Positions 1-10,860 of a stretch of 64,000 bases of DNA are shown one piece after another (the first letter of the stretch is position 1; each line of letters starts with the position of its first letter). Location of the stretch: contig OX597823.1 of NCBI GenBank assembly GCA_951406725.2, positions 53,072,001 to 53,136,000 on the forward strand. The letters run 5' to 3'. This stretch comes from Octopus vulgaris. Taxonomy: Eukaryota. The notes under the pieces are model-generated. The model worked only from the letters and a program-made list of their open reading frames with translations, made no database searches and had not been told where the DNA came from. The translations under genes were made by a program, and so were the position numbers.

Positions 1-227
1 CACATACACATATGCGCATCCATACACGCGCATGCACACAAATACACACGCACACACGCACGCAACCTCCTCTGCTTTCTTCCGCTAGAACCCTTAACAT
101 GCTTCGCACAGTGGGATGCTGTCGTATCACGCTGTGAGCAGTAATTTCATTATTTATTTACCTGCTGAAACTAGAGATATTAAGACAGTGATAGGATAGG
201 AGCAAGTGATAGTAGAGTATAATAACG

Positions 228-243
228 GTGTTGTATGTATGTA

Positions 244-319
<76 letters not shown>

Positions 320-429
320 CGTATACACACATGAACACATGTACATATATATATATATGTGTGTGTATGTGTGTATGTGTGTGTGTATATACACACGTAC
401 GCACACACATTTTATACTTATGTATATAT

Positions 430-509
<80 letters not shown>

Positions 510-566
510 ATATGTATTTTTAAATGTGAATATCTGTAGCTATTGCTCTCTTTATAATTATATGTG

Positions 567-608
<42 letters not shown>

Positions 609-648
609 TATATGATATATACGTACATGTATATAAACATATAAATGC

Positions 649-687
<39 letters not shown>

Positions 688-833
688 CATATATGCGTGT
701 CTATTAGCTTGTGTGTATGTGTGCGTAGGTGTGTGCGTGTGTATTTGTATGTAACATAGTTTTGTATAAATATACATGTATATATATATGTATGTATATA
801 TATATATACACATGCATATATTCATACATACAA

Positions 834-912
<79 letters not shown>
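228..912. repeat. Compound (TA)n/(TG)n/(TACA)n microsatellite field
   Basis: Long pure TA runs interleaved with TG and TACA runs. All overlapping ORFs are YI/CV/HT dipeptide repeats. Confidence 0.97.
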
Positions 913-1521
913 AGGTGAGCGGGCTGATACTGATAGAGTGAAAGAGAGAGAGAAGTGGGGAGGAAGGCATGAATATTGAGCTGGTAGGGAAGGGGAACGC
1001 ATCGTGTCTTATCCTGCCAATTTTGCTAACTAAAAAGAAAAACCCGGTGTTTACACTAAGGAAGATATAACGCTATGTTGCAATGAAGAGATTTAATGCA
1101 GTTGATAGCACTTGATATTGCTCAACGCGTTCGTTTATATAATAACACTGGGATAAAAAGAGTTGCGTGGAAGTGAGACAGATTTTTGGCTTTTAAGATG
1201 TGACATGCCATGCAACTTTACCATTACTCATATACTTTTAACACATAGAACATATGTGAACTCAATGTGTTAAATCTAACCGCCAGCTTCTTATAAGCAA
1301 CAGCCAAAATGCGTGTTTGTCTTATGTTTGCTTATCTCTTCATGTGTATGAGTACATGTATGTGTATGGATATGTGTTCGTATTAAGAGTGTGAACAGCT
1401 AACTAGATTCTTTTACTCGTTTTTTTTTATTGCGTTACTCGATTCATTTATTAGACTGCGGCTATGCTGTAACATTGTCTTAAATTGTTTCTTTTTTGTT
1501 TTATTTTTTAGTCGATTACAT

Positions 1522-1795
1522 TGCGTGCCCTAGTAGTTCGTGAGCTGCCGTCTCGATCACGATATCGTGGTTTCGATTCCCGGGCCGGCCGCACGTTTTG
1601 TTCTTGAGCGAAACACTTCATGTCACATTTCTCTAGTCCACTCAGTTGCAAGTGGGTAACGCTGCGGTGGACTGGCGTTCCGATCAGGATAGAATGTGAA
1701 CAACCTGTCAACCTATCCAGTGGGTGTGGCAAAATTCGGAAGCTGAAACAATGCGAAGCGCATTGTAACTAGCAATGTGTAACAACATTTGGTGG
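1522..1795 (+). mobile_element. tRNA-derived SINE with CORE/V-like body (family D-related), diverged
   Basis: B-box-like GGTTTCGATTCCC, then TTCTTGAGCGAAACACTT and CTGCGGTGGACTGGCGTTCC (V-domain-like). Tail is shared with the inverted copy at 1890-2148. Confidence 0.7.
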
Positions 1796-1889
1796 GAATT
1801 TATAAAAAAGCCCAATATTCCTCCTTCTTGTTAGAATATACACAATGTGTGCGCGATGTGTGTTTGTGTTAGAATGAGAGAAACAATGA

Positions 1890-2148
1890 TCGTGTGACCG
1901 ACCAGACTATTAGATTTTGTTATACATCACTGATCACAATGCGCTTTGCATTGCTTTAGCCTTCAAATAACGCCATCCCGCTGGCTAGGCGAGCAAGACA
2001 ACGTTACATCCCTGATCGAAAATGGGACTGAATCAAAGTGAAATGGTGTGTTTTGCTCAAGAACACACCAGTTTGCCTAGTTTGGAAATCGAACTCACGA
2101 TCTAGTGAATGTGAATGCCACAGCCTAACCACTAGGCCACGCGCCTTC
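1890..2148 (-). mobile_element. tRNA-derived SINE (family D-related), tail-to-tail with the 1522 copy
   Basis: Reverse complement begins GAAGGCGCGTGGCCTAGTGGTTAGG (A box) and continues GTTCGATTTCC (B box) and TTCTTGAGCAAAACAC. Confidence 0.75.
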
Positions 2149-2151
2149 ACT

Positions 2152-2181
2152 ATATGTGTATGTATGAATATGTATGTATGA

Positions 2182-2212
<31 letters not shown>

Positions 2213-2600
2213 TGTATGTATGTATGTATGTACGTATGTATGTATGTATGTATGTATGTATGTATGTATGTATGTACGGACGGATGGATTGAAGTATGTA
2301 TGTACGTGTGTATATATATGTTTCTTCTATTTTTTAATTATTATAAATCTTCCACTGAGGAGGGAGCCGGGTTCCATCCATCTTTGAGATATCGTTAACA
2401 CATACAAATTCACATTTGGAACTTGAGGAAAGTTGTATGTATGTATGTATGTATGTATGTATGTATGTATATATATATGCATGTATGTATGTCTGTATGT
2501 ATGCATGTATTTTTGCATGTATGTATGTATGTATGTATGCATGTATTTCTGCATGTATGTATGTGTGTATGTGCGTGTGTATGTATGTATGCATGTGTTT
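2152..2600. repeat. (TATG)n tetranucleotide microsatellites
   Basis: Two long TATG tracts at about 2152-2275 and 2435-2600. Confidence 0.95.
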
Positions 2601-2707
2601 AAACATTGTAGGACCGGGAATAGGAAATTGCTCTAAATGACGATGTAAAACAAGGAGATCTTTTTGAAATTTGTAGTTCTATCAATATTATGATAAAAAA
2701 AATTCGT

Positions 2708-3172
2708 AGCTAGCTGTGTGTAAGAAAGTTGTTTCCCAGCCATATGGTTGCGGGTTCAGCCTTCTACTATAGTTTTGGCCGACAAAAGCCTTGTGAGTGG
2801 ATTTGGAAGATGGAAACTGAAAGATATGTATATATCTACGCGTCAGTATCTTTTTGTCAGCGTTTGTCCCCCATCACCTCTCGACAACCGGTGTTGGTAT
2901 GTTTACATCTCTGTAACATAAGAGTGTGAACAGCTAACTAGATTCTTTTACTCGGGGTTTTTTTATTGCGTTACTCGATTCATTTATTAGACTGCGGCCA
3001 TGCTGTAACATTGTCTTAAATTGTTCGGCAAAAGAGACTGATAGAATAAGTAATAGGCTTAGAAAAAAAATCAATCCTGGTTTCGATTTGATCAACTGAA
3101 ACTCTTCAAGACGCTGCCCCAGCACGGCCGCAGTCAAATGACTGAAACAAGTGAAAGATAAAAGATAAAAGA
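2708..3172 (+). mobile_element. SINE family B, interrupted by a templated insertion of about 107 bp
   Basis: GCTGTGTGTAAGAAAGTTG head, AAAGCCTTGTGAGTGGATTTGG body and CAGCACGGCCGCAGTCAAATGACTGAAAC tail. Confidence 0.88.
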
Positions 3173-3699
3173 CATGAATCTTTCAACATTTTGTAAATAG
3201 TGCAAAATTTCTGCGAACATAGTGCCATCAGTTTTAGTTAAATTTTTGTTGCCATTCTTAAAACCTTCAGTACTCCTGTTATCTTTGACAGTACTAGTGA
3301 TAAATCTACTTCTTGACTGCTGTGACCCATCCTTTTCGGCTAGTGGTTTGTAACTGTGACATTTATGAATTTTTGGTAATATCTTATATTAATTACAAAA
3401 TGATAAGTCTTCATTAAAGCAACTTATCAACGGTTTGATCTGTCGTTTTCAACGGGTGCACCATGCATCATTCTCTATAATAAAACTGTCATCATTTTTG
3501 TAGTGAAGTGCAAATTAGTAGTAGTAAATAATAATGTTACCTTTTCTACTCTTGAAATTTAAGCTTTTTCAAAGAAAGTGAATGCGACGCCGTTACATTC
3601 ATCTCATTTTCCAGAACATTAACAACAAAAGTCAGGTGGTGCAAATGTGCAAAATATACAAAATAGCTGGTTTTAACGACAATCATAATTACAAGGTGG

Positions 3700-4230
3700 A
3701 TAGTACATTTAATCCATCTGCCAATTTAGTACCAGCACCTAATTCTAGGGTACCTCTAATGGAGTTCACTCTCTCGCAAGCCAGGTTTTCAGTGCAAATA
3801 TGTTCAGATACCTTCAAATATTGTTTTTCACTTGATAAATAATTGAGTTGTGATTATTTATTTCCTATATAACCCATCAGCCTCAGAGGCTTTGCGAAAG
3901 GTTTACGTGCCATGAGCCTCAGCTTAAATATAGGAGTACAGATATATAAAGCTGTGGTAGTTGAATCTTGCTAAAATAGTTTAAGCAGCCTACGCTCACT
4001 AATTAAGAAAGGCTAGGCCGCCTTCATTCACTTGTCTAACTTGTCCTGGGTTTTTACTGCCAAGTGTAACAGAGCTGATTTATGAACTAAGACACGTAAG
4101 AATTATTAGAAACAGAAGGGTGATGTTGAGGAAACCAACTGCGATATTCAATAAACATCTTCAGTGAGAGTTTCAGATGTCAGCCTCGAGTGGAATTCAA
4201 CAGCCTTGCAAATGCGCATCACGTGATGAG
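3700..4230 (+). mobile_element. Highly decayed RTE-like LINE reverse-transcriptase C-terminal fragment
   Basis: Translations DTFKY (about 3810) and LSLNIGVQIYKAVVV (about 3915-3965) resemble the RTE motifs FKYLGS and TKxxVYKAVV. Many stops. Confidence 0.35.
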
Positions 4231-4276
4231 GGTTTGATCAAGGAGAATATTTGTGTTGAATGGTATTGGATGTAGT

Positions 4277-4660
4277 GAAAGCACTCCGTCGATTACGACG
4301 ACGAGGGTTCCGGTTGATCCGAATCAACGGAACAGCCTGCTCGTGAAATTAACGTGTAAGTTGCTGAGCACTCCACAGACACGTGTACCCTTAACGTAGT
4401 TCTCGGAGATATTCAGCCTGACACAGAGAGTGACAAGGCCGGCCCTTTGAAATACAGGTACAACAGAAACAGGAAGTAAGGGTGAGAGAAAGTTGTGGTG
4501 AAAGAGTACAGCAGGGATCACCACCATCCCCTGCCGGAGCCTCGTGGAGCTTTAGGTGTTTTCGCTCAATAGACACTCACAACGCCCGGTCTGGGAATCG
4601 AAACCGCGATCCTATGACCGCGAGTCCGCTGCCCTAACCACTGGGCCATTGCGCCTCCCC
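4277..4660 (-). mobile_element. Young tRNA-derived SINE family A, full length, 12-bp TSD
   Basis: Near-identical to 46956-47342. A box TGGCCCAGTGG, B box GTTTCGATTCC. Flanked by direct repeat ATTGGATGTAGT at 4265-4276 and 4661-4672. Confidence 0.95.
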
Positions 4661-5654
4661 ATTGGATGTAGTAACAGTAACTTAACTGTAGTTGACTGAG
4701 TCATAAAGATCATGTTATAGGTGACACGTTGTTATCACTGTTTAGCTTTGAAAGTGGCAATCTTACCGGCATTTTTCCCAACTCATTAAGGTCTAAGCGC
4801 CAGTTACCCCGGGATCGACTTTGCCTTTCATCCATTCAGGGTCAATAAAATAATTATCAGTTGAGCACTGAGGTCGATGTAACCGACTATCCCCCTCTCG
4901 CAACAAAATTTCGGGCCTTGTGCTTATTATTTAGCCTCAGCTGAAAACTGATCGAGTAGGCAGGCGCATGAGTAAGGCACACCAGACGTGACGACCCTGT
5001 TGTTATTGGAGTACCTAAAGCCAGCCATCAAATTTATCCTTTGATTTTTAGAGATGATGGGGGTATAATTTGATGGAAATTTAAGTGCTGCTTCTATCAG
5101 AACGAAAGGCAGAGTAGAGACTCTATTATGAGTTCATATTTTGTAAAGCGGACAACTACAACTAGAACACAGATTGCCAAATATTTACGCCGACTCCCTA
5201 CCGCTTCAACCAACAGACCAATCAATAATTGTTAGGAATTTTACAAATGTGAATCTTTTCGACAGAAGAACTGACGCCATGTCATGTTGTATATCTTTTG
5301 TCTTCTGTCTTTGCCGTTGATTTATAGATTTTAACTGTGAAGTAAACGTCTGTTCGTTTATACTATGTTCATTAATATACTGATATATTCATAACAAGGA
5401 TACAACATGTATAGTTTACTATGTATTGGAGGAGTAGGTACATGCACATGTCTATTCATCTAGAAGTAGATGTCAATCTCTAAAGATTTGCATACATCTG
5501 TATAATCTCGTGTACCTGTATCAAAGATGAGATTTGCTTTGACAATACGCTGCTTCTCAAATCACAAATATAATCTTTGCTTTGACAACGAGGTATTTCA
5601 AAAATAAACTAGTTGAAACTGTCAATGTCATATTTTGTATCAAATTTAACAAAG

Positions 5655-5718
5655 ATGATGATGAGGAGGAGGAGGGTGGTGGTTGTGGTGGTGGTGGTGG
5701 TGGTGGTGGTGGTGGTGG

Positions 5719-5768
<50 letters not shown>

Positions 5769-5950
5769 ATGGTGGTGGTAGTGATGATGATGATGATGAT
5801 AATGATGATGATGATGGTGATGGTGGTGATGATGATGATGATGATGATGGTGGTGATGATGATGATGATAATGATGATGATGATGATGAGGAGGAGGAGG
5901 AGGAGGAGGAGATGAGGAGGAGGAGGAGGAGGAGGAGGAGGAGGAGGAGA
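5655..5950. repeat. Compound trinucleotide array (GAT/GAG/GGT/GCT)
   Basis: Successive GAT, GAG, GGT, GCT, GAT and GAG runs, all in the same phase. Confidence 0.95.
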
Positions 5951-5991
5951 AAAATAGTTAAAAATTGCTATCATTACCAATAATAAATTTT

Positions 5992-6180
5992 AAGGCGACG
6001 AACTGGCAGAATCGTTAAGAACACCAGGAAAAATGCATTGTCCGTCTTTGCGCTCTGAGCTCAAATTCTGCTGCGATAGACTTTGCCGTTCATCTCTTTC
6101 GGGGTTCGATGAAATAGGTACCAGTTGAGCACTAGAGTCAATGTAACCGACTAGTCCCCCTCCCCAACAAATTGAAAATA
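5992..6180 (+). mobile_element. SINE family C (Meta-domain-like core)
   Basis: AAGGCGACGAACTGGCAGAATCGTT head, then GACTTTGCCGTTCATCTCTTTCGGGG and GTACCAG core. Confidence 0.8.
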
Positions 6181-6420
6181 TTTTTAATAATACTTTCGGA
6201 GTGGTGGACTGAGTGAATTTTTGATTGTCCGACAAAATGACTTGTTTTATTTCATCCCGTTCTTTGGGTTCTAATTGCACAGATTTCAGTTTTCTCTTTC
6301 ATCTTTCCAAGGTAGGTAAAATAAAATATTAAATCACATAAAAAGATCGATTTAATTTACTAATCCATCACTCCATTAAAACTTTGACCTTCTACTTATA
6401 CAGGGAATTATTATTATTAC

Positions 6421-6484
<64 letters not shown>

Positions 6485-7027
6485 GAGTGAGAGAGCAGTG
6501 CATGCCATCAAAGTGACACTGGGGTAAAATATACGAAGCCCAGTATACCCATCATGACTACCTGTCTGATAAGGGCACACCAGGCACATGCATCACAACC
6601 ATATGTGCGCGATATGGTGATCTCATATCAAAATAAACAGCACATGACCTTGCAGGTGGGGCCCAGTTAGAATTTTCTTCAGATCGAGTAACCCATGCCA
6701 CTCGAAAGGTCCCTGAATAAGGGTTGTTTAAGGATGTTGAACCCATGTTTCCAGAGGTGAATTATTCAAACTCCGAAGAATCCCTCTCAACACATGGCTA
6801 TGATGCTCCTCCACTACTTCTGCTCGTGATCAGAGATGCACATATCGTCAGCCACTAAGGGACATGCTCAACTGGTTAATGTCAAACAACTGACAAGCAA
6901 ATCTGTGGTATTGAGCAGAATATTTGCTGTAGCCCATCTTTTATACCAAGACAAAAAATATATACATGATAACACTTCCAATCAGTTAAGATCAGAAGCC
7001 ATGAGAGCCACTGCCTGGTACTGCATC
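6485..7027 (-). mobile_element. Non-coding retroelement 3' fragment inserted in an (ATT)n tract, probably Dong/R4-like LINE 3' UTR
   Basis: About 540 bp of complex sequence flanked on both sides by (ATT)n/(TAT)n. Targeting of TAA repeats is known for Dong (R4 clade). Family and strand are inferred. Confidence 0.5.
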
Positions 7028-7056
7028 TATTATTATTATTATTATTATTATTATTA

Positions 7057-7144
<88 letters not shown>

Positions 7145-7148
7145 TATT

Positions 7149-7198
<50 letters not shown>

Positions 7199-7212
7199 TA
7201 TTATTATTTCTC

Positions 7213-7612
7213 AGGTGCCAAGCTGGCAGAATCGTTAGCACGCCGGGCGAAATGCTTAGTGGTATTTCGTCTGCCGCTACGTTCTGAGTTCAAATTCCGC
7301 CGAGGTCGACTTTACCTTTCATCCTTTCGGGGTAGATTAAATAAGTACCAGTTACGCACTGGAGTCGATATAATCGATTTAATCCGCTTGTCTGTCCTTG
7401 TTTGTCCTCTCTGTGTTTAGCCCCTTGTGGGTAGTAAAGAAATAGGTATTTCGTCTGCTGATACGTACTGAGTTGAAATACCGCTGAGGTTGACTTTGCC
7501 TTTCATCTTTTCCGGGTCGAGAAAATAAGTACCAGTTACGCATTGGAGTCGATGTAATCGATTTATCCCCTACCCTTAGATTTCAGGCCTTGTGCCTATA
7601 ATAGAAAGGATG
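7213..7612 (+). mobile_element. SINE family C, dimeric (body repeated)
   Basis: Head, body and tail ending AAGAAATAG, joined directly to a second body GTATTTCGTCTG that ends in an alternative tail TTTCAGGCCTTGTGCCTATAATAGAAAGG. Confidence 0.9.
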
Positions 7613-7615
7613 ATT

Positions 7616-7700
<85 letters not shown>

Positions 7701-8468
7701 AATTTTTATGTATCCTGAGAAATATATACCAAAGAATTACATAATAATACGAATATAAACATAGATATGTATAATACTTTTCACGTAGGTTCGGCTTTTG
7801 ACAAATACAATTGAGTGAGCTTCATAAATACACTTATATGTGGCAATGCAGGTGGCTATATGAAATATCAACTTTGAAATGCAATTTCGAATGAAAAGTT
7901 GAAATACTGCAGATCGAAAACTGAAGACATTTATGTTAAGAAATAGCTAAAATGTATACTTAACATAGACTTGTCAGGCTTCCTGACATGTATAGTAAAA
8001 TTTAACTTCAGATAAAGGAAATAATACGTTTAACATACAAACACGTTCTCTTTCTGATTAACAAACTATGTAGTAAAACATTGCAAACTCCCGTGGCTAA
8101 ACTAATACAACATGCTCTATACACTAACTCAAAATTATCCTAACATATTTTGCAGTGATATTAAACTGTAGATAACGGTTTCTCATTAGTTATGCTATAA
8201 TATTGTTCTCGTGCATTGATTTTTAACATAGGCAAAAATGACACAACGTCTTAATATATTTAAGTAATCAAAAGACAAACGTATGTACACATGCATAGAA
8301 TAAAATGGTTCTCATAGATTCCTTTGAAAAAGAATAATATACGCTTCGTCGTATTCCGTTGTGCAAATACGACATAAGAATACGCTTGTACAAACTTAAT
8401 TAAAAAAAGAGCACAAACTCATACATACGCACAGAATATGTGCGCGTATGTGTGTTTGCATACATATA

Positions 8469-8504
<36 letters not shown>

Positions 8505-8956
8505 TGTATGTATGTATGTATATATGTATGCATGTATGTATGTATGTATGTTGTGGCTGCGTGCATGTGTTTGTGTTTGTATGTGTTTGAGATGCTTCCG
8601 ATCTGGTAAAATTGTTAGTCCGTAATTATGAAAGAACTGGATGATGAAACGAGGTATTTTGTAAATGCGTTCTTTCATATTCCTTCAACTTGCTCACCAT
8701 TGTTTCAGCAAACCTAATATTCTCTAAAGCTCATCAAAAAAGTTATGTTTCGGACATTGCGAAACTGTATCAGAGTATAAAGCTTTTAGCAGAACATGAG
8801 AAGGAAAATTAGTTCTAAGAAGATTGCGAGAATAATGTATGCATATATATGTGTGTGTTTGTGTGGGGCGGGGGGGTAGGTGGGTGTGTGTGTGTATGTG
8901 TACGAATATGAATGTGTATGTATGTATATGTAAATGTATATATATATATATATATA

Positions 8957-9220
8957 ATGAATTCAAACAAAGAAGAACAAACAAGAAAAAACAATAACGC
9001 GAGGACGCGGTTCAAGTATTGTATTATCAGACGCTCAGGAAAGGAAGGAAAAAAGGATTTAACGTTTCGAGCAAAGCTCTTCTTCAGAAATAGAGAAACG
9101 TCCAAAGGAAGGAAAGATGGAGGAAGAAAATCGTCAACGATACACACGTGGTCACATTTTGAAATAACTGGAAGGGAATGGGTGAAGAAAAATTTCTAAG
9201 ACAGGAGAGTGGAAGAGAAG
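8957..9220 (-). mobile_element. Penelope-like pseudo-LTR fragment between microsatellites
   Basis: Complex segment between TA and TG tracts that carries a minimal hammerhead core. Confidence 0.55.
9056..9091 (-). ncRNA. Minimal type I hammerhead ribozyme motif
   Basis: Minus strand reads ATTT-CTGAAGA-A-GAGC-TTT-GCTC-GAAAC-GTT-AAAT: intact core, 4-bp stem II, palindromic ACGT stem III and stem I ATTT/AAAT. Confidence 0.7.
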
Positions 9221-9929
9221 TAGATATGTGTGTGTATGTGTGGGTATGTGCGTGCGCGCACGTGTATGTGAGTGTAATAATAGCACGTGTATGTGCGTGT
9301 GGTTTTAGCTGTTTATATATGTGTGTGAGTGGACTTTGTGTCGCTTAATGTCGTAGGAAGAATTTATAGTAAGAACTTTTTGTAGGAGTGGCTGTCTTTT
9401 GTGTGCAATGCGTGCCTGTGTGCGTGTGTATCTGTGTGTACGTGTCTGTATGTGTATGCATGAGGTTGTGCCTGTGGACCAAATGTATATATATATATAC
9501 AACCTTGGTTTTATATATATATATATATATAATCGCATACACAATCATACTTATATTCTTTCAGTTATGGTACAAATTGTTTCAATCAAACATGACTCTT
9601 CGGGTAATGCTTCATAATCTACACATACGTTTTCATTTCTAAAATCAGAAATATTGTTTTTTTCTGATTCGGTTTGAATTAGGATCCAAACATTCCCATC
9701 GGCTAAGTTTGTCGTTATTCTGTATGCAACCTTCTGAGCTTCTTCAAATGGTTTTCTGTATATGTTTATGTGTCTGTATTTAGTTCGAACTATTTAGTAT
9801 TTTGTACATTATACTATTTATTTTAATTATTATATGTGTATATACATACATACGGATGTATTTATATATACTTATTCCTGTTTGGCAGTATCTGTGTATA
9901 TATCAACCACAGATTCATACGTTCATGTA

Positions 9930-10136
9930 CTCTTTTACTCGTTTCAGTCAATTGACTGCGGCCATGCTGGAGCACCGCCTTTAGTCGAGCAAATCGACCC
10001 CGGGACTTATTCTTTGTAAGCCCTGTACTTATTCTATCGGTCTCTTTTGCCGAACCGCTAAGTGACGGGGACGTAAACACACAGGCATCGGTTGTTAAGC
10101 AATGCTAGGGGGACAAACACAGACGCACAAACACAT

Positions 10137-10169
<33 letters not shown>

Positions 10170-10341
10170 CATATATACGACAGGCTTCTTTCAGTTTCCG
10201 TCTACCAAATCCACTCACAAGGCATTGATCGGCCCGGGGCTATAGCAGAAGACACTTGCCCAAGATGCCACGCAGTGGGACTGAACCCGGAACCATGTGG
10301 CTGGTTAGCAAGCTACTTACCACACAGCCACTCCTGCGCCT
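9930..10341 (-). mobile_element. SINE family B, full length with internal TA/CA microsatellite
   Basis: Reverse complement reads AGGCGCAGGAGTGGCTGTGTGGTAAG, GGTTCAGTCCC, TCTTGGGCAAGTG, (TA)n, CAGCATGGCCGCAGTCAATTGACTGAAAC. Confidence 0.93.
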
Positions 10342-10722
10342 ATATATATTGAATTTATTTATAAACAAATAGAGGTCAGTAACTTAATTACTCATTTTTC
10401 CTGGGGGTGTTTAGTGAATGGAGAAAAGAAAATACGTATGAAGGAAAATGTAAAGAAAATTTATATTCAATAACGATACGCTGTCTTAACAATTATGATG
10501 TCTATATTGTTTTTCTGTACGTGCTTATTAATTTAGTAACAGAATAAGATCCTTCCATTCTATCATTAAATTAATTAAACGTAGAATACTATATTAAAAG
10601 AAAATGAAAGATAGTAATGAAAATGAAAATGTGAATGAATTTAAATAAGCTGAAAATGAAAACAAATGTTAAGGGAATACAAACACACAATATTTGACTA
10701 TTTTACACCCACACACCCACAC

Positions 10723-10860
<138 letters not shown>

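Noticed and set aside
154-1002. Many overlapping ORFs of YI/CV/HT dipeptides (also near 2150, 10670, 27900, 33000, 53200 and 59435)
   Set aside because: They are stop-free translations of TA/TG/TATG microsatellites, not genes.
5582-5983. 133-aa ORF with poly-G/A/D/E/R runs
   Set aside because: Triplet microsatellite open in several frames on both strands, with no complex domain.
6836-7420. Longest ORF in the track (194 aa)
   Set aside because: Chance read-through of a retroelement fragment, (TAT)n/(CAT)n and a SINE.
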